From NCBI GenBank assembly GCA_028279805.1, contig JANQMZ010000007.1, positions 540,001 through 572,000 of the forward strand: a stretch of 32,000 nt of DNA, written 5' to 3'. The notes under the pieces are model-generated. The model was not told where the DNA came from. It searched no databases and saw nothing but the letters and a program-made list of their open reading frames with translations. The stretch is from an archaeon (GTDB taxonomy: Archaea > Iainarchaeota > Iainarchaeia > Iainarchaeales > JANQMZ01). How positions within the stretch are numbered: position 1 is the first letter of the stretch; the number at the start of each line of letters is the position of its first letter. Of this stretch, positions 1 to 9,548 are shown piece after piece. A program made the position numbers and the translations under genes.

Positions 1-321
1 ATTTTTTAAATATTTAGAAGAAGAATCAAAGTCGCCTGTTGATAAAGCCATTTTTATTTTCAAAGACTTTGAATATTTTTGTTTTAAATCCTTAAAATGT
101 TCAGAAGCCAATGCACGTAAAGGGCATGTGTAAATTACTTTCTTTTTTTTGTTGATGATTGAATTTAATGCTGCTAATTCGGCTATAATTGTTTTGCCTG
201 AGGATGTTGGTGAAGAAACAATTAAACTTTTTTCAAATAATTTGGCGTTTAAAGCCTGCTGCTGCACTGTGTTGAATTGTTTGAACGAATTTAATTGCAG
301 TACTTTTTCCTGAATGTTCAT
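1..321 (-). CDS. Ski2/Hel308-like superfamily 2 helicase, N-terminal fragment (runs off left edge)
   Basis: Open minus-strand frame from ATG at 321 to the edge, translated by hand: MNIQEKVLQLNSFKQFNTVQQQALNAKLFEKSLIVSSPTSSGKTIIAELAALNSIINKKK..IYTCPLRALASEHFKDL. Q-motif-like region, Walker A SSPTSSGKT and motif Ia PLRALASE. Confidence 0.78.
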   Translation of the reverse strand, partial: MNIQEKVLQLNSFKQFNTVQQQALNAKLFEKSLIVSSPTSSGKTIIAELAALNSIINKKKKVIYTCPLRALASEHFKDLKQKYSKSLKIKMALSTGDFDSSSKYLKN

Positions 322-344
322 ATTTTAATTCAATCCTTAAATGC

Positions 345-578
345 TTAAATTGTTTCTTCTTTCAATGACAAATGTTCATATGCTTTGTTTAAAGCTAAAA
401 CTGCTTTTGGAATATCGTTAATTCTTAAAGAGTTTGTTGATTTCCATTCATCATTTTTGTCTTTATAGTTTCTGCTTATGCTGATAGTATTGTATTTCCC
501 GCCTTGCTTGTTTTCATTTTCCCAAACAGCAACATTTAAGCCGCCTGCAGTAAACTTTTGAACCGGTTTTTCACTCAT
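345..578 (-). CDS. small conserved protein, possibly PC4-like/ssDNA-binding
   Basis: 77 aa ORF with AVWENENKQGGKYNTISISRNYKDKNDEWKSTNSLRINDIPKAVLALNKAYEHL. The pattern recurs in prokaryotic small proteins; the PC4-like suggestion is inference. Confidence 0.6.
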   Translation of the reverse strand: MSEKPVQKFTAGGLNVAVWENENKQGGKYNTISISRNYKDKNDEWKSTNSLRINDIPKAVLALNKAYEHLSLKEETI

Positions 579-659
579 TTTTTCACCCCCAAAATAATAC
601 TAAATAATGTATTTTGAGGTGTTTTAAAATTCAACGAGAGTGAATTTCCGCTGAATTTT

Positions 660-1199
660 TTAACTCAGCCTTGGGTCCCCGGAATAATCTGGGGCAATTT
701 TACATCTTCCGGTTTCAATGTCTTCTGAGTTTAATAATCTGTCAAGTTTTCCGTCACAAATGAAAGTGCTTCTGTCAACTCCGCATAAGCTGAATGTTTT
801 ATCTGCGCTGGGACTATAATAATATTTGAATGGGAGAATTTCTTTTGGAAAAAATTTAATTCCCTCTGCTTCATCAATGTAAACAATTTCCAAATCAGGA
901 AAATCTTTTTGAATTCTGCTTGCAGAACCGGGGTCATGTAATCTGTCATAAGCATCATCAATATTTTCCTGTAGTTCAGCGGACAAAGGAAGTTGTTCAG
1001 GTTCTTGAACAATTTCTTCTTTAACAGATTGTTCTTCAACAACAGGTTCTGATAATGTAGTTTCCGGTTCTTCATTCACAGGCAAATTTTGAGATAAAGA
1101 AGATTTTTGATCAGTTTGCTGAATTTGAGTTGTTGTGCACCCAGTTAAAAAAATTAAAATTGCTATTCCAAATAAAAAGCTGTTATTCATCGTGTACAT
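660..1199 (-). CDS. putative exported lipoprotein
   Basis: MNNSFLFGIAILIFLTGCTTT: hydrophobic signal plus lipobox LTGC, then a low-complexity Glu/Gln linker and a Cys-containing C-terminal domain. Actual start is probably the internal ATG (about 1190). Confidence 0.65.
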   Translation of the reverse strand: MYTMNNSFLFGIAILIFLTGCTTTQIQQTDQKSSLSQNLPVNEEPETTLSEPVVEEQSVKEEIVQEPEQLPLSAELQENIDDAYDRLHDPGSASRIQKDFPDLEIVYIDEAEGIKFFPKEILPFKYYYSPSADKTFSLCGVDRSTFICDGKLDRLLNSEDIETGRCKIAPDYSGDPRLS

Positions 1200-1243
1200 T
1201 ATTCAAAACCGGTTTATAATATTTTTGTAATGGTTTTGAAAGC

Positions 1244-2032
1244 TTATTTGAACATTAGGGCTCCGATGGCTGTCTGAATTCCTGAATTTTTGGAAAACAC
1301 AAATTTGATTTTTTTGTCCAGTATTTTTACTCTTTTTTTAATTATTTTTTGAACAATGCTCATTTCAGATAATTTTCCTCCGAAAACAATCCGGGAATGA
1401 TTAAAAGATTTGGCTGCAAAAACAGCATTTGAGCCAATTGACTGTGAAACCATGTTAATCAAGGCAAGAGCAATGTCAGATTTTTTAGGATTTTTTAAAG
1501 AACCAAAATGGGACGCTGTAGAATTAACATCGAGTAAGCCGATGCCTTTGGGATAAATTTCTTTCAAAGTCAGATCAACTTTTTTTAAATTTCCTTTTTT
1601 GGCAAGTGAAAAAAGAGCATTAACATTATTGATTCCCAAAAGCAATTCGGATAAACCCAGAAGAGTTTTTCCCCCTATTGCAGTTCCTCCGACATGTTTT
1701 ATTTTATTATTTTTAACAGAAACAAAAGCAGTTCCCGAGCCAAGTGAAACTGCAAGCACATTGTTTTTCCCGGAAACAAATTTTGCCCCGGTCCCTATTG
1801 CCTTAATTTCGTTCACGGTCTGAACAGGAATTCCTGAAATTTCTTTTTCAAAAAGATCAGCAAAACAGCCGGTTGCCTTAATTCCCGAAATTCTGTTTAT
1901 CGGGAAAGTTTTCAGCATTGAATAAAAATTTTTATTCTCAGAGGAAAAACTTTTCTTTTTTAAAATTTTATTTTTTTCCATTAAAACAAAATCGGTTGTG
2001 GATGCGCCCAAATCAATTCCAAGCACAGTCAT
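1244..2032 (-). CDS. ASKHA-fold type II pantothenate kinase-like protein
   Basis: MTVLGIDLGASTTDF phosphate loop, VNEIKAIGTGA, VSLGSGTAFVSV, VGGTAIGGKTLLGLSELLLG; overlaps the upstream coaBC by 4 nt. Confidence 0.75.
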   Translation of the reverse strand: MTVLGIDLGASTTDFVLMEKNKILKKKSFSSENKNFYSMLKTFPINRISGIKATGCFADLFEKEISGIPVQTVNEIKAIGTGAKFVSGKNNVLAVSLGSGTAFVSVKNNKIKHVGGTAIGGKTLLGLSELLLGINNVNALFSLAKKGNLKKVDLTLKEIYPKGIGLLDVNSTASHFGSLKNPKKSDIALALINMVSQSIGSNAVFAAKSFNHSRIVFGGKLSEMSIVQKIIKKRVKILDKKIKFVFSKNSGIQTAIGALMFK

Positions 2033-3219
2033 TGTTTTTGCACATCCAGAAAAGTGTTAAAAATTTGAGAAGCAATCTTAATTTTTTTGGCCGGTTTAAA
2101 ATGTTTAAATTTTTTATCAGGAAAAACAACAAAAACTTCATTTTTATCAGAACCAAAAGCGTTTTTTTTAACATCATTTGCAACAATAAAATCAGAGTCA
2201 GCTTTTTGCAGTGTTTCAAAAGCTTTGTTGATTAAAAATTTTTTTGAAACGCCGAATTCGGCTTTGAAGGATATTAAAAAAATTTTTTTATTCCATTTTT
2301 TTACACTGTTTAAAATTTTTTTATTAGGAATTAATTTTAGTGAAGCATTTTTTTTTGAAGAAATTTTTCCCTTGATTTTTTTAACAGTAAAATCTGAAAC
2401 AGCTGCGGAATGAATCATTAAATGCTTTGCTTTAACATGCTTTTTAATCATGAAAAGCATGTCTTTTGAATTTAAAGCCTGAATTGTTTTAATGTTAAAA
2501 CGCGGCTTAAGGTTAGTGTTTCCCAAAACAAGTGTTACATTTGCCCCTCTTTCAAAAGCGTTTTCAGCGAGAGCGATGGCCATTTTTCCGGAAGCATTGT
2601 TTGACAAAATTCTCATGTCATCAATTTGTTCAAAAGTCGGGCCTCCCGTGATAAGAATTTTTTTTCCCTTCAAATCTTTTTGAACAAAATTTGCCTCAAT
2701 CAAATCAGCAACAACCTTAATGTCAGGAAATTTTGCTTTTTTTTCTTCAAATTTTGGGTTAAAAAACTGGACACCGTTAGAACTCAGAATTTTTTTATTT
2801 TTTTTAAAAACAGGGTTATCATACAAGGATTTATGCATTGAAGGAATAACGGTTAAGGGAATTTTTGTTCCGAGAGCAGTTGAACACAGCAAAGAAACAG
2901 TTGAATCGCTTATGCCTGAAGCAATTTTTGCCAGAGTGTTTGCAGTGCACGGAGCAATTAAAATCAAGTCGGCTTTTGTCAAAGTTTTTCCGGCTAAAAA
3001 AACATGTTCAGCTTTGCCTGTTAATTTTGTGACAACCTTGTTCTGGGAAGCCCATTCAAGTAACTCAGGATTTAAAACTTTTTGAGCGGCTTCACTCATA
3101 ACACAGACAACATTTGCACCTCGCCTTTTAAGCTCACGGACCAAACGGGGAGCCTGAATTAATGCAACAGAGCCTGTAACACATAAAACAATTTTTTTGT
3201 TTTTAAGCATAAAAAGCAA
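2029..3219 (-). CDS. coaBC: bifunctional phosphopantothenoylcysteine decarboxylase/phosphopantothenate-cysteine ligase
   Basis: Flavoprotein domain (CVTGSVALIQAPRLVRELKRRGANV, APCTANTLAKIASGISD) plus CoaB domain (KKILITGGPTFEQIDDMRILSNNASGKMAIALAENAFERGANVTLVLG). Confidence 0.92.
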   Translation of the reverse strand: MLFMLKNKKIVLCVTGSVALIQAPRLVRELKRRGANVVCVMSEAAQKVLNPELLEWASQNKVVTKLTGKAEHVFLAGKTLTKADLILIAPCTANTLAKIASGISDSTVSLLCSTALGTKIPLTVIPSMHKSLYDNPVFKKNKKILSSNGVQFFNPKFEEKKAKFPDIKVVADLIEANFVQKDLKGKKILITGGPTFEQIDDMRILSNNASGKMAIALAENAFERGANVTLVLGNTNLKPRFNIKTIQALNSKDMLFMIKKHVKAKHLMIHSAAVSDFTVKKIKGKISSKKNASLKLIPNKKILNSVKKWNKKIFLISFKAEFGVSKKFLINKAFETLQKADSDFIVANDVKKNAFGSDKNEVFVVFPDKKFKHFKPAKKIKIASQIFNTFLDVQKQ

Positions 3220-3368
3220 TAGAAAAGCAAACTGTATTTAAAGCAAATGAAGGACTTATACATAATGAATTTGTTTTAAATCATACAAAAACAGCTTAAA
3301 AAACCGATTTTTCAAAATATTTTTTTAAAAAAAATTAAATAAAATGGCAAAATTGTACATAATTATTT

Positions 3369-4016
3369 TTATGGCCATCGCTGAATTGCTTTTAAAGCAT
3401 TAATTGAATTGTTTAACTCTTCAATTTTTTTATTAATTGAATCAATTTGTGATTGTGATTTGTCTTTTCTAAAGTCCTGCAAAGAGTCAGCAAATTTTGC
3501 AACCTTTCTGTCATTTTTGTAAACAATTGAAGTTGTAACAGTTTCGGTTAACTGCTGCCGGTATTCATCATTTTTTACAAACATTCTGATCATTGGCTCC
3601 CAGCGGGGATCTGTGACCAGATGGGCAGGCAGTTTAACCTTGTCAGCCGAATCCCTGTAATTTTTATCCGCAGCATATTTTGCCAGATGTTCCCAGTACA
3701 AAGGGCTTGAAATTTTTTTAACAGAATGAACAGCATGATAAGTCTGTGCTTTTATCAGGCGGGCCTGCCAGTCTCTTTTTGTTGTTTCCAGTTTTTTTTT
3801 AACATCAGATTTTTGCTTTATATTTTTTCTTATTATTTCCTTTGTGGGATAAATAAGTTTGGGCCATTCTTTTTTGTCTTTTTTTTCAATTCTTATCACT
3901 CCGCCTGAAGCAAAATAATCCTCGATTTTTTTAAGAAAATCCTTGTTTTTTTTGTCTTTTTTAAGAAAAGAAAAGGCTTTCAAAAATTTTTTCATGTTTG
4001 AAAAAGTCTGCATCAT
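3369..4016 (-). CDS. hypothetical basic protein with C-terminal coiled coil
   Basis: 215 aa ORF, charged, C-terminal QIDSINKKIEELNNSINALKA; no family recognised. Confidence 0.6.
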   Translation of the reverse strand: MMQTFSNMKKFLKAFSFLKKDKKNKDFLKKIEDYFASGGVIRIEKKDKKEWPKLIYPTKEIIRKNIKQKSDVKKKLETTKRDWQARLIKAQTYHAVHSVKKISSPLYWEHLAKYAADKNYRDSADKVKLPAHLVTDPRWEPMIRMFVKNDEYRQQLTETVTTSIVYKNDRKVAKFADSLQDFRKDKSQSQIDSINKKIEELNNSINALKAIQRWP

Positions 4017-4096
4017 TCTGGAATAATAATTTCAAATAGATTAATAAGGCTTTTTTTAACACAGGTTTTAAAATAATTACACAGAAGAATGCTATT

Positions 4097-4420
4097 ATGA
4101 TGCCAAATGTTGACCCCCGGCAAATGAAAAAAATGATGCAGCAGCTTGGAATAAAACAGGAAGAAATTCCTGCAAAAAGAGTTGTTTTTGAGCTGGAATC
4201 CGGGAAAATGATTATTGAAAATCCTGTTATAACAGCCATAGACATGCAGGGAAAAAAAACTTACACTGTAATGGGAGAAACAGTAAAAGAAGCAAGCATT
4301 CCTGAAGAAGATGTCAAAATGGTTGCAGAACAGGCCGGAATTTCAGAAGAAAAAGCAAGAAAAGCACTGGAAGAAAATGACGGGGATATAGCAAAAACAA
4401 TATCTCAATTCAAAAAATAG
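4097..4420 (+). CDS. nac: archaeal nascent polypeptide-associated complex protein (NAC alpha homologue)
   Basis: PRQMKKMMQQLGIKQEEIPAKRVVFELESGKMIIENP..., C-terminal UBA-like VAEQAGISEEKARKALEENDGDIAKTISQF. Confidence 0.95.
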   Translation: MMPNVDPRQMKKMMQQLGIKQEEIPAKRVVFELESGKMIIENPVITAIDMQGKKTYTVMGETVKEASIPEEDVKMVAEQAGISEEKARKALEENDGDIAKTISQFKK

Positions 4421-4473
4421 TTTCCAAAGGAAAAAACTTTTTTCCAGAGTTTTTTTAGTCTTTTTTGCCCAAA

Positions 4474-5805
4474 TCAGGCGTTTTCAAGTGCCTGTGTTTG
4501 GTCATGAATTACTTTATCGTCTCTTGTATAATATGTTAATCTGAAATCAATTTCTTCTCCGATGGAATGCCCGGGCAGCACCAATGCTTTGACAAAATTT
4601 TCATCAACAATATAAACATTGCCTCCGATCGGGTCAATTATTGAATCCGCAAAAATTTTTCCCTTTTGCCTTATAACCTGGCCTCTGACATCATAAGATG
4701 ATAACAATTGTTTCAATTCTTCAGAAACTTGGACAGCATTTTCCGAATTTATTTCCGTTTCCCCGATGATTCCTGCCAAAGGATCCGCAAAAGAATAATC
4801 ATTTATGTTTCTTTCTTCAAGAACATCTGAAATGCTTTGTTTTACATCAGAGTAAGAAAAATCTGTGCTAAAGGAAATGTTTACAACATTTTTTTCCTGA
4901 AACTGCTGGAATCCTAATTCTTCAACAAATTCTAATTCATTAAAAACAGTTTCAGCATCAGTTAAAGAAAAACCTGAAGTCTGAGGATAACTGACGGAAA
5001 ATGAGGGACTGTTTATTGTTATTTTTATTGTTGAATTTTTCACGCCGGATAATTTTTTTATCTCATTGTTAAGCTGTTCTGCATCAAAACCGTTGTAAGT
5101 AAAACCGGTTGAAAACACAAGCATTTTTTCAAGAGAACCCAAAACAAGTTTAACCGAATTTGTCAAATGTGGCAGGCCATTTTGTGTAAGGTTAAGAGTT
5201 TCAAAAGCATTGCTTTGAACAACTTGCCCGTCCTGCACGGCTATGCTCAAATCAATTCTTATTTTGTCATCTTTCTTTGTTGAAAAACTTACAATTGCTT
5301 CTGAAAAAGGCTGTGCAAAAGTCAAATCTCTTGTAAGGCTTAACTGTTCATTTGTAACTTCAACTGTTTTGGGAACTTTTACCAGTGCTTTTTTTACAAT
5401 TTCAGGGCTTTGAATTTCAGAAATTGTTGTTAAAGCCGAAACAATTGAGTCAAAATCATCAGGTTCGGCTGTAATCTCTGCAAAATATAAAAGCTGGTTA
5501 TCAGGGCTTGTCTGAAAAGAAGAATGATTAAAAGATTTAAACCCGGGAATTGCTGCAATTTTTGACTCAATTGCTGTAATGCTTATTTCTCCCGTTAAGC
5601 CTACAATTCTTAAAACCGGCAGAATTCTTTGAACTGTTGCTTCAACATCTTCAGCTTCAAATGAAAGGACTGTTCCCTGTGAAGGGGGTTGATGTGTCGG
5701 AGGCTGCTGTGCAGGCTGATGGCCTCCGCTTAAAAAAGTAAAACCTACTATTGAGGTTACTGTTAAGATTACTATTACAATTGTGGCTAACTGTTTTGTT
5801 TCCAT
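4474..5805 (-). CDS. membrane-anchored extracytoplasmic protein of unknown function
   Basis: N-terminal TM (IVIVILTVTSIVGFTFLSGG), Gln/Pro linker (HQPAQQPPTHQPPSQG), repeated alpha/beta-like segments. Confidence 0.7.
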   Translation of the reverse strand: METKQLATIVIVILTVTSIVGFTFLSGGHQPAQQPPTHQPPSQGTVLSFEAEDVEATVQRILPVLRIVGLTGEISITAIESKIAAIPGFKSFNHSSFQTSPDNQLLYFAEITAEPDDFDSIVSALTTISEIQSPEIVKKALVKVPKTVEVTNEQLSLTRDLTFAQPFSEAIVSFSTKKDDKIRIDLSIAVQDGQVVQSNAFETLNLTQNGLPHLTNSVKLVLGSLEKMLVFSTGFTYNGFDAEQLNNEIKKLSGVKNSTIKITINSPSFSVSYPQTSGFSLTDAETVFNELEFVEELGFQQFQEKNVVNISFSTDFSYSDVKQSISDVLEERNINDYSFADPLAGIIGETEINSENAVQVSEELKQLLSSYDVRGQVIRQKGKIFADSIIDPIGGNVYIVDENFVKALVLPGHSIGEEIDFRLTYYTRDDKVIHDQTQALENA

Positions 5806-5873
5806 TTATAAAAAAAAGCATCAAAAAAAGTTAAAAAAGCTCTCTTTCAAAATTTTTAAAGGGATTAAAAAAA

Positions 5874-6596
5874 ATGACTTTCAAAAAAGGCGATTTTTTA
5901 ACAATTAATTACACGGGAAAAAATGCTGAGGATGGGCAGGTTTTTGACACAACTTTAAGGGAAACAGCAGAAAAAGAAAAAGTGTTGGATGAAAAAAAAG
6001 AATACAAGCCTTTGAATTTGATTTTAGGGGAAAATGAGGTTTTGCCCGGGCTCGAAAAAACTTTGGAATCAATGAAAGTCGGGGAAAAGAAAAAAGTTGA
6101 ATTGCTGCCCAAAGAAGCTTTTGGTGAAAGAGATTCAAAACTTGTTAGCTTGGTTCCATTAAAAGAATTTAAAAAAAGAAAAATGGAACCGTTTCCGGGG
6201 CTTGTTGTAGACTTAAACGGGCAAGTGGGAAAAGTTCAAACTGTTTCCGGAGGGCGTGTCAGGGTAGACTTTAACCATCCTCTTGCAGGCAAAACAGTTC
6301 AATTTGAAGTGAAAGTTGAAAAGCAGATAACAGAAAAAAAGGAAAAAATAATGGCACTTGTTAACAAATTTTTTCCGGATTTAAAAGAAAAAGACTGGAA
6401 ACTTGAAGGAAAAACTTTACAGATTAAACAGGAAATTCAGCAAGAGCATGAAAAAGTTATTCAAAAAATTGTTGAAAAACATTTTACAAAAAATTTGCCT
6501 GTTGAAAAAGTTTTAATTGCAAAAGAATTTAAAAAAACAAAAAAAGATGAAAAGAAAGAAACAGAAAAAAACGAAAAAAAGCCTAAAAAGGGTTAA
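5874..6596 (+). CDS. FKBP-type peptidyl-prolyl cis-trans isomerase, archaeal long form
   Basis: GDFLTINYTGKNAEDGQVFDTT...LILGENEVLPGLEKTLESMKVGEKKKVELLPKEAFGERDSKLV with IF-type insert and C-terminal extension. Confidence 0.92.
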   Translation: MTFKKGDFLTINYTGKNAEDGQVFDTTLRETAEKEKVLDEKKEYKPLNLILGENEVLPGLEKTLESMKVGEKKKVELLPKEAFGERDSKLVSLVPLKEFKKRKMEPFPGLVVDLNGQVGKVQTVSGGRVRVDFNHPLAGKTVQFEVKVEKQITEKKEKIMALVNKFFPDLKEKDWKLEGKTLQIKQEIQQEHEKVIQKIVEKHFTKNLPVEKVLIAKEFKKTKKDEKKETEKNEKKPKKG

Positions 6597-6684
6597 AAGG
6601 CTGTTTTGAAGAGTAGTTTTATAAATATTGTGCTGTAGGAATTCTTTGTAAGAGAGATAATCTCACTATTTTTGGGGTATTTTT

Positions 6685-7326
6685 TTGTCTGCCGATGATT
6701 TAAAAACAGGAACAACAACAGTCGGAATTATTGCAAAAGATTCTGTTGTTTTAGCAGCAGATATGAAAGCAACAATGGGGCATTTGAGTTATGACCTGGA
6801 AGCAAAAAAGCTTTACAAAATAACAGACCACATTGGCTTGACAAATGCAGGTTCTGTCGGAGACTCACTTGTTTTAATCAGATTTTTAAAAGCACAAGCA
6901 CAATTGTATGAAACGGAGAGAGAAGAGGGCATGAGCACAAAAGCAATGGCTTCATTTTTGTCAAACGTGTTAAATTCAAACAGGTATTACCCTTACTCTG
7001 TACAGTTCATAATCGGAGGAAACTATAAAGAGCCAAGCCTGTACGAATTAACTCCTTACGGAGGCGTGCTGGAAAGAAACAAGTTTGCAGTTTCAGGTTC
7101 CGGAACAACTTTGGCAATGGCAACATTGGACCAGGGTTACAAAGAAAACATGTCAAAAGATGAAGCAATAAAGCTTGCCGTGAAAGCAGTTTCAGCTGCA
7201 AAAAAAAGAGACATTTATTCAGGCGGCATAAGCATTTCTGTAATGATAATAAACCAAAACGGGGTTCAGGAAATTCCCCAAGAAGAAATTCAAAAATACA
7301 TTAACAATAACGAAAAACTTAACTGA
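6685..7326 (+). CDS. psmB: proteasome beta subunit (TTG start, short propeptide before catalytic Thr)
   Basis: MSADDLKTG|TTTVGIIAKDSVVLAADMKATMG, AVSGSGTTLAMATLDQ, GGISISVMIINQNG. Confidence 0.95.
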   Translation: MSADDLKTGTTTVGIIAKDSVVLAADMKATMGHLSYDLEAKKLYKITDHIGLTNAGSVGDSLVLIRFLKAQAQLYETEREEGMSTKAMASFLSNVLNSNRYYPYSVQFIIGGNYKEPSLYELTPYGGVLERNKFAVSGSGTTLAMATLDQGYKENMSKDEAIKLAVKAVSAAKKRDIYSGGISISVMIINQNGVQEIPQEEIQKYINNNEKLN

Positions 7327-7385
7327 AAAAAAAACCAGTTTGTTTTTTTGTTTAACTAAAATTTTTGCTTTTTAAGTGAAACAAA

Positions 7386-9278
7386 ATGAACATATCAGAC
7401 AAAATAAAAGACATAGTGAAAAACAGTTTGCCTGCAGAAGCAGAGGTAACAAAAACAGAACTGGAAGGGCCTGAAGTTGCCCTTTATACAAAAAATCCGG
7501 GATTGTTTTTTGAAAACTCTGAACTTGTTGCCAAAATTGCTTTTGAATTAAAAAAAAGGGTAAACATCAGAACAGATAAAAATTTGCTTGAAGAAGAGGA
7601 AAAAACCCGTGAATTAATTGAAAAAATTGTTCCCCAGGAAGCAAAAATAACAGACATTGATTTTAACAAAGAATTTTCAGAGGTAGTAATAGAATCATTA
7701 AAACCCGGGCTTGTTATAGGAAAAGGCGGAGAAACATCAAAAGAAATTGTACTCAAAACAGGATGGACTCCAAAAATAATAAGGACTCCAACACAGCCAT
7801 CAGAAACATTAAAAGGAATAAGACATCATCTGAACAAATATTCAAAGGAAAGAAAAGATTTGTTAAAAAAAGTTTCAGAAAGAATTTACAGGGAACTCCC
7901 TCAAAATGGAAACGACTGGATTAGGCTTATTGCATTAGGCGGATTCCAACAGGTTGGAAGAAGCTGCATGCTTATTGAAACCCCGCATACAAAAACATTG
8001 TTTGACTGCGGAATAAACGTAGCATCATACCAGGAGCCCTACCCATATCTGGACGCATTGCATTTTCCAATGAGTGACATTGATGCTGTTGTAATAAGCC
8101 ACGCACATTTAGACCATTCAGGTTTTTTGCCATACTTATTCAAATCAGGTTACCGGGGACCGGTTTATTGTACAGAGCCGACACGTGATTTGATGGCATT
8201 ATTGCAATTTGACTATATTGATGTTTTGGTAAAAGAAGGAAAAGAACCTCCTTACACTGAAAGAGATGTCAAAGAACAATTAAAGCACTGCATAACAAGA
8301 GAGTACCGAGAGGTTACAGACATTGCTCCGGATATGAGAATAACTTTTCATAACGCGGCACATATTTTAGGCTCAGCTTCAGTGCACATGCACATCGGGG
8401 AAGGAGCGCACAACCTGGTTTACAGTGCGGATATTAAAAATGGTTTTACAAGATTGTTTGACAATATTGATACCAAGTATCCGAGACTTGAAACATTGAT
8501 TATTGAAAGCACTTACGGAGCCAAAGGGGATGTAATGCCGAACAGGCAAAGAACAGAGGAACGTTTTCTGAAAGTATTACAGGAAGTTTTGGAGCAGGGA
8601 GGAAATGTTTTGATACCGGTTTTTGCCGTGGGGCGGGGCCAGGAATTAATGCTTGTAATTGAAAACTTTTACAGGCAGGGTTTGATTAAGACAAAGTGTT
8701 ATGTTGATGGAATGACAAATGAAGCTTCAGGAATGCACACAGCCTATCCTGAATATTTAAGGCAGTCTGTAAAAAGAAGAATATTGCAGGGCGATTCTCC
8801 TTTTATGTCAGAAGTTTTTGAAGTTGCAGAATATGATAAAAGAAAAGAAATTCTTGAAACAGGAGGCAACATAATTATTGCAAGCTCGGGAATGATGACA
8901 GGCGGGCCATCAGTACAATATTTTAAAATGATGGCAGAAGATCCGAGAAATGCATTAATATTTGTAGGATACCAAGGAGAAGGTTCACTTGGAAGAAAAA
9001 TTCAAAGCGGCGTGGACAGGATTCCCATAACAGATGAAAATGGAAAAACAAAAGCATTGGAAATAAAAATGAGGATTGAAAGCATTGAAGGATTCTCAGG
9101 GCATTCTGACAAAAACCAGCTTGTAAATTATGTGCAGTCATTGCGTCCAAGCCCTAAAAGAATTTTAACAGACCACGGTGAAAAATCAAAAGCAATAGGA
9201 TTTGCACAATACCTTGGAAGAAAATTCAAGGTTAATGCGTTGTCAATGCAAAATCTGGACGCACTGAGACTAAAATAA
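7386..9278 (+). CDS. archaeal CPSF-like KH/metallo-beta-lactamase/beta-CASP ribonuclease (aCPSF1/FttA)
   Basis: KH-like N-terminus (PGLVIGKGGETSKEIV), HAHLDHSG, ESTYGAKGD, IPVFAVGRGQELML, GMMTGGPSVQYF, EGFSGHSDKNQL, TDHGEKSKAIGFA. Confidence 0.96.
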   Translation: MNISDKIKDIVKNSLPAEAEVTKTELEGPEVALYTKNPGLFFENSELVAKIAFELKKRVNIRTDKNLLEEEEKTRELIEKIVPQEAKITDIDFNKEFSEVVIESLKPGLVIGKGGETSKEIVLKTGWTPKIIRTPTQPSETLKGIRHHLNKYSKERKDLLKKVSERIYRELPQNGNDWIRLIALGGFQQVGRSCMLIETPHTKTLFDCGINVASYQEPYPYLDALHFPMSDIDAVVISHAHLDHSGFLPYLFKSGYRGPVYCTEPTRDLMALLQFDYIDVLVKEGKEPPYTERDVKEQLKHCITREYREVTDIAPDMRITFHNAAHILGSASVHMHIGEGAHNLVYSADIKNGFTRLFDNIDTKYPRLETLIIESTYGAKGDVMPNRQRTEERFLKVLQEVLEQGGNVLIPVFAVGRGQELMLVIENFYRQGLIKTKCYVDGMTNEASGMHTAYPEYLRQSVKRRILQGDSPFMSEVFEVAEYDKRKEILETGGNIIIASSGMMTGGPSVQYFKMMAEDPRNALIFVGYQGEGSLGRKIQSGVDRIPITDENGKTKALEIKMRIESIEGFSGHSDKNQLVNYVQSLRPSPKRILTDHGEKSKAIGFAQYLGRKFKVNALSMQNLDALRLK

Positions 9279-9400
9279 TCTGATTTTAAAAAATAGCCCT
9301 GATTGTATAAAAAAAGCAGAAAAAATTAACATATACATAACACGGTTTTTTGGCTTTTTTGAAAAAAATTTTTTAGCATAAAAAAAACAAAATATACATA

Positions 9401-9433
9401 AAAAATAAGCTCATTCTGGGCTTTATTTTTTGA
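9401..9433. terminator. possible hairpin terminator or transcript-end structure
   Basis: AAAAATAAGCTC-ATTCT-GGGCTTTATTTTTT: near-perfect inverted repeat with one bulge and a T-rich 3' arm, between aCPSF1 and the next genes. Confidence 0.4.
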
Positions 9434-9548
9434 ATAAACGTTAAAATAATGAGTATACATAAAAAAAAGGCTAAATTAAGCTTTTCAAACGATAGATATT
9501 TAAATGGAATGTTCATTTTTGTTATTGCCGTTTAGGGGGAAACACTAA

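Noticed and set aside
345-1199. Helicase + small ssDNA-binding-like protein + lipoprotein as a defence island
   Set aside because: The helicase fragment looks like housekeeping Ski2/Hel308, and no nuclease, integrase or restriction genes are nearby.
1599-2413. Plus- and minus-strand ORFs overlapping panK/coaBC (1599-1823, 1918-2235, 2013-2219, 2087-2413)
   Set aside because: Shadow frames of well-supported genes with low-complexity Phe/Lys/Leu-rich translations and no recognisable motifs.
9361-9433. CRISPR or true sequence tandem repeat
   Set aside because: Only the 9-nt word TATACATAA is conserved at the 61-nt spacing; the remainder of each unit differs, so no direct-repeat array is claimed.
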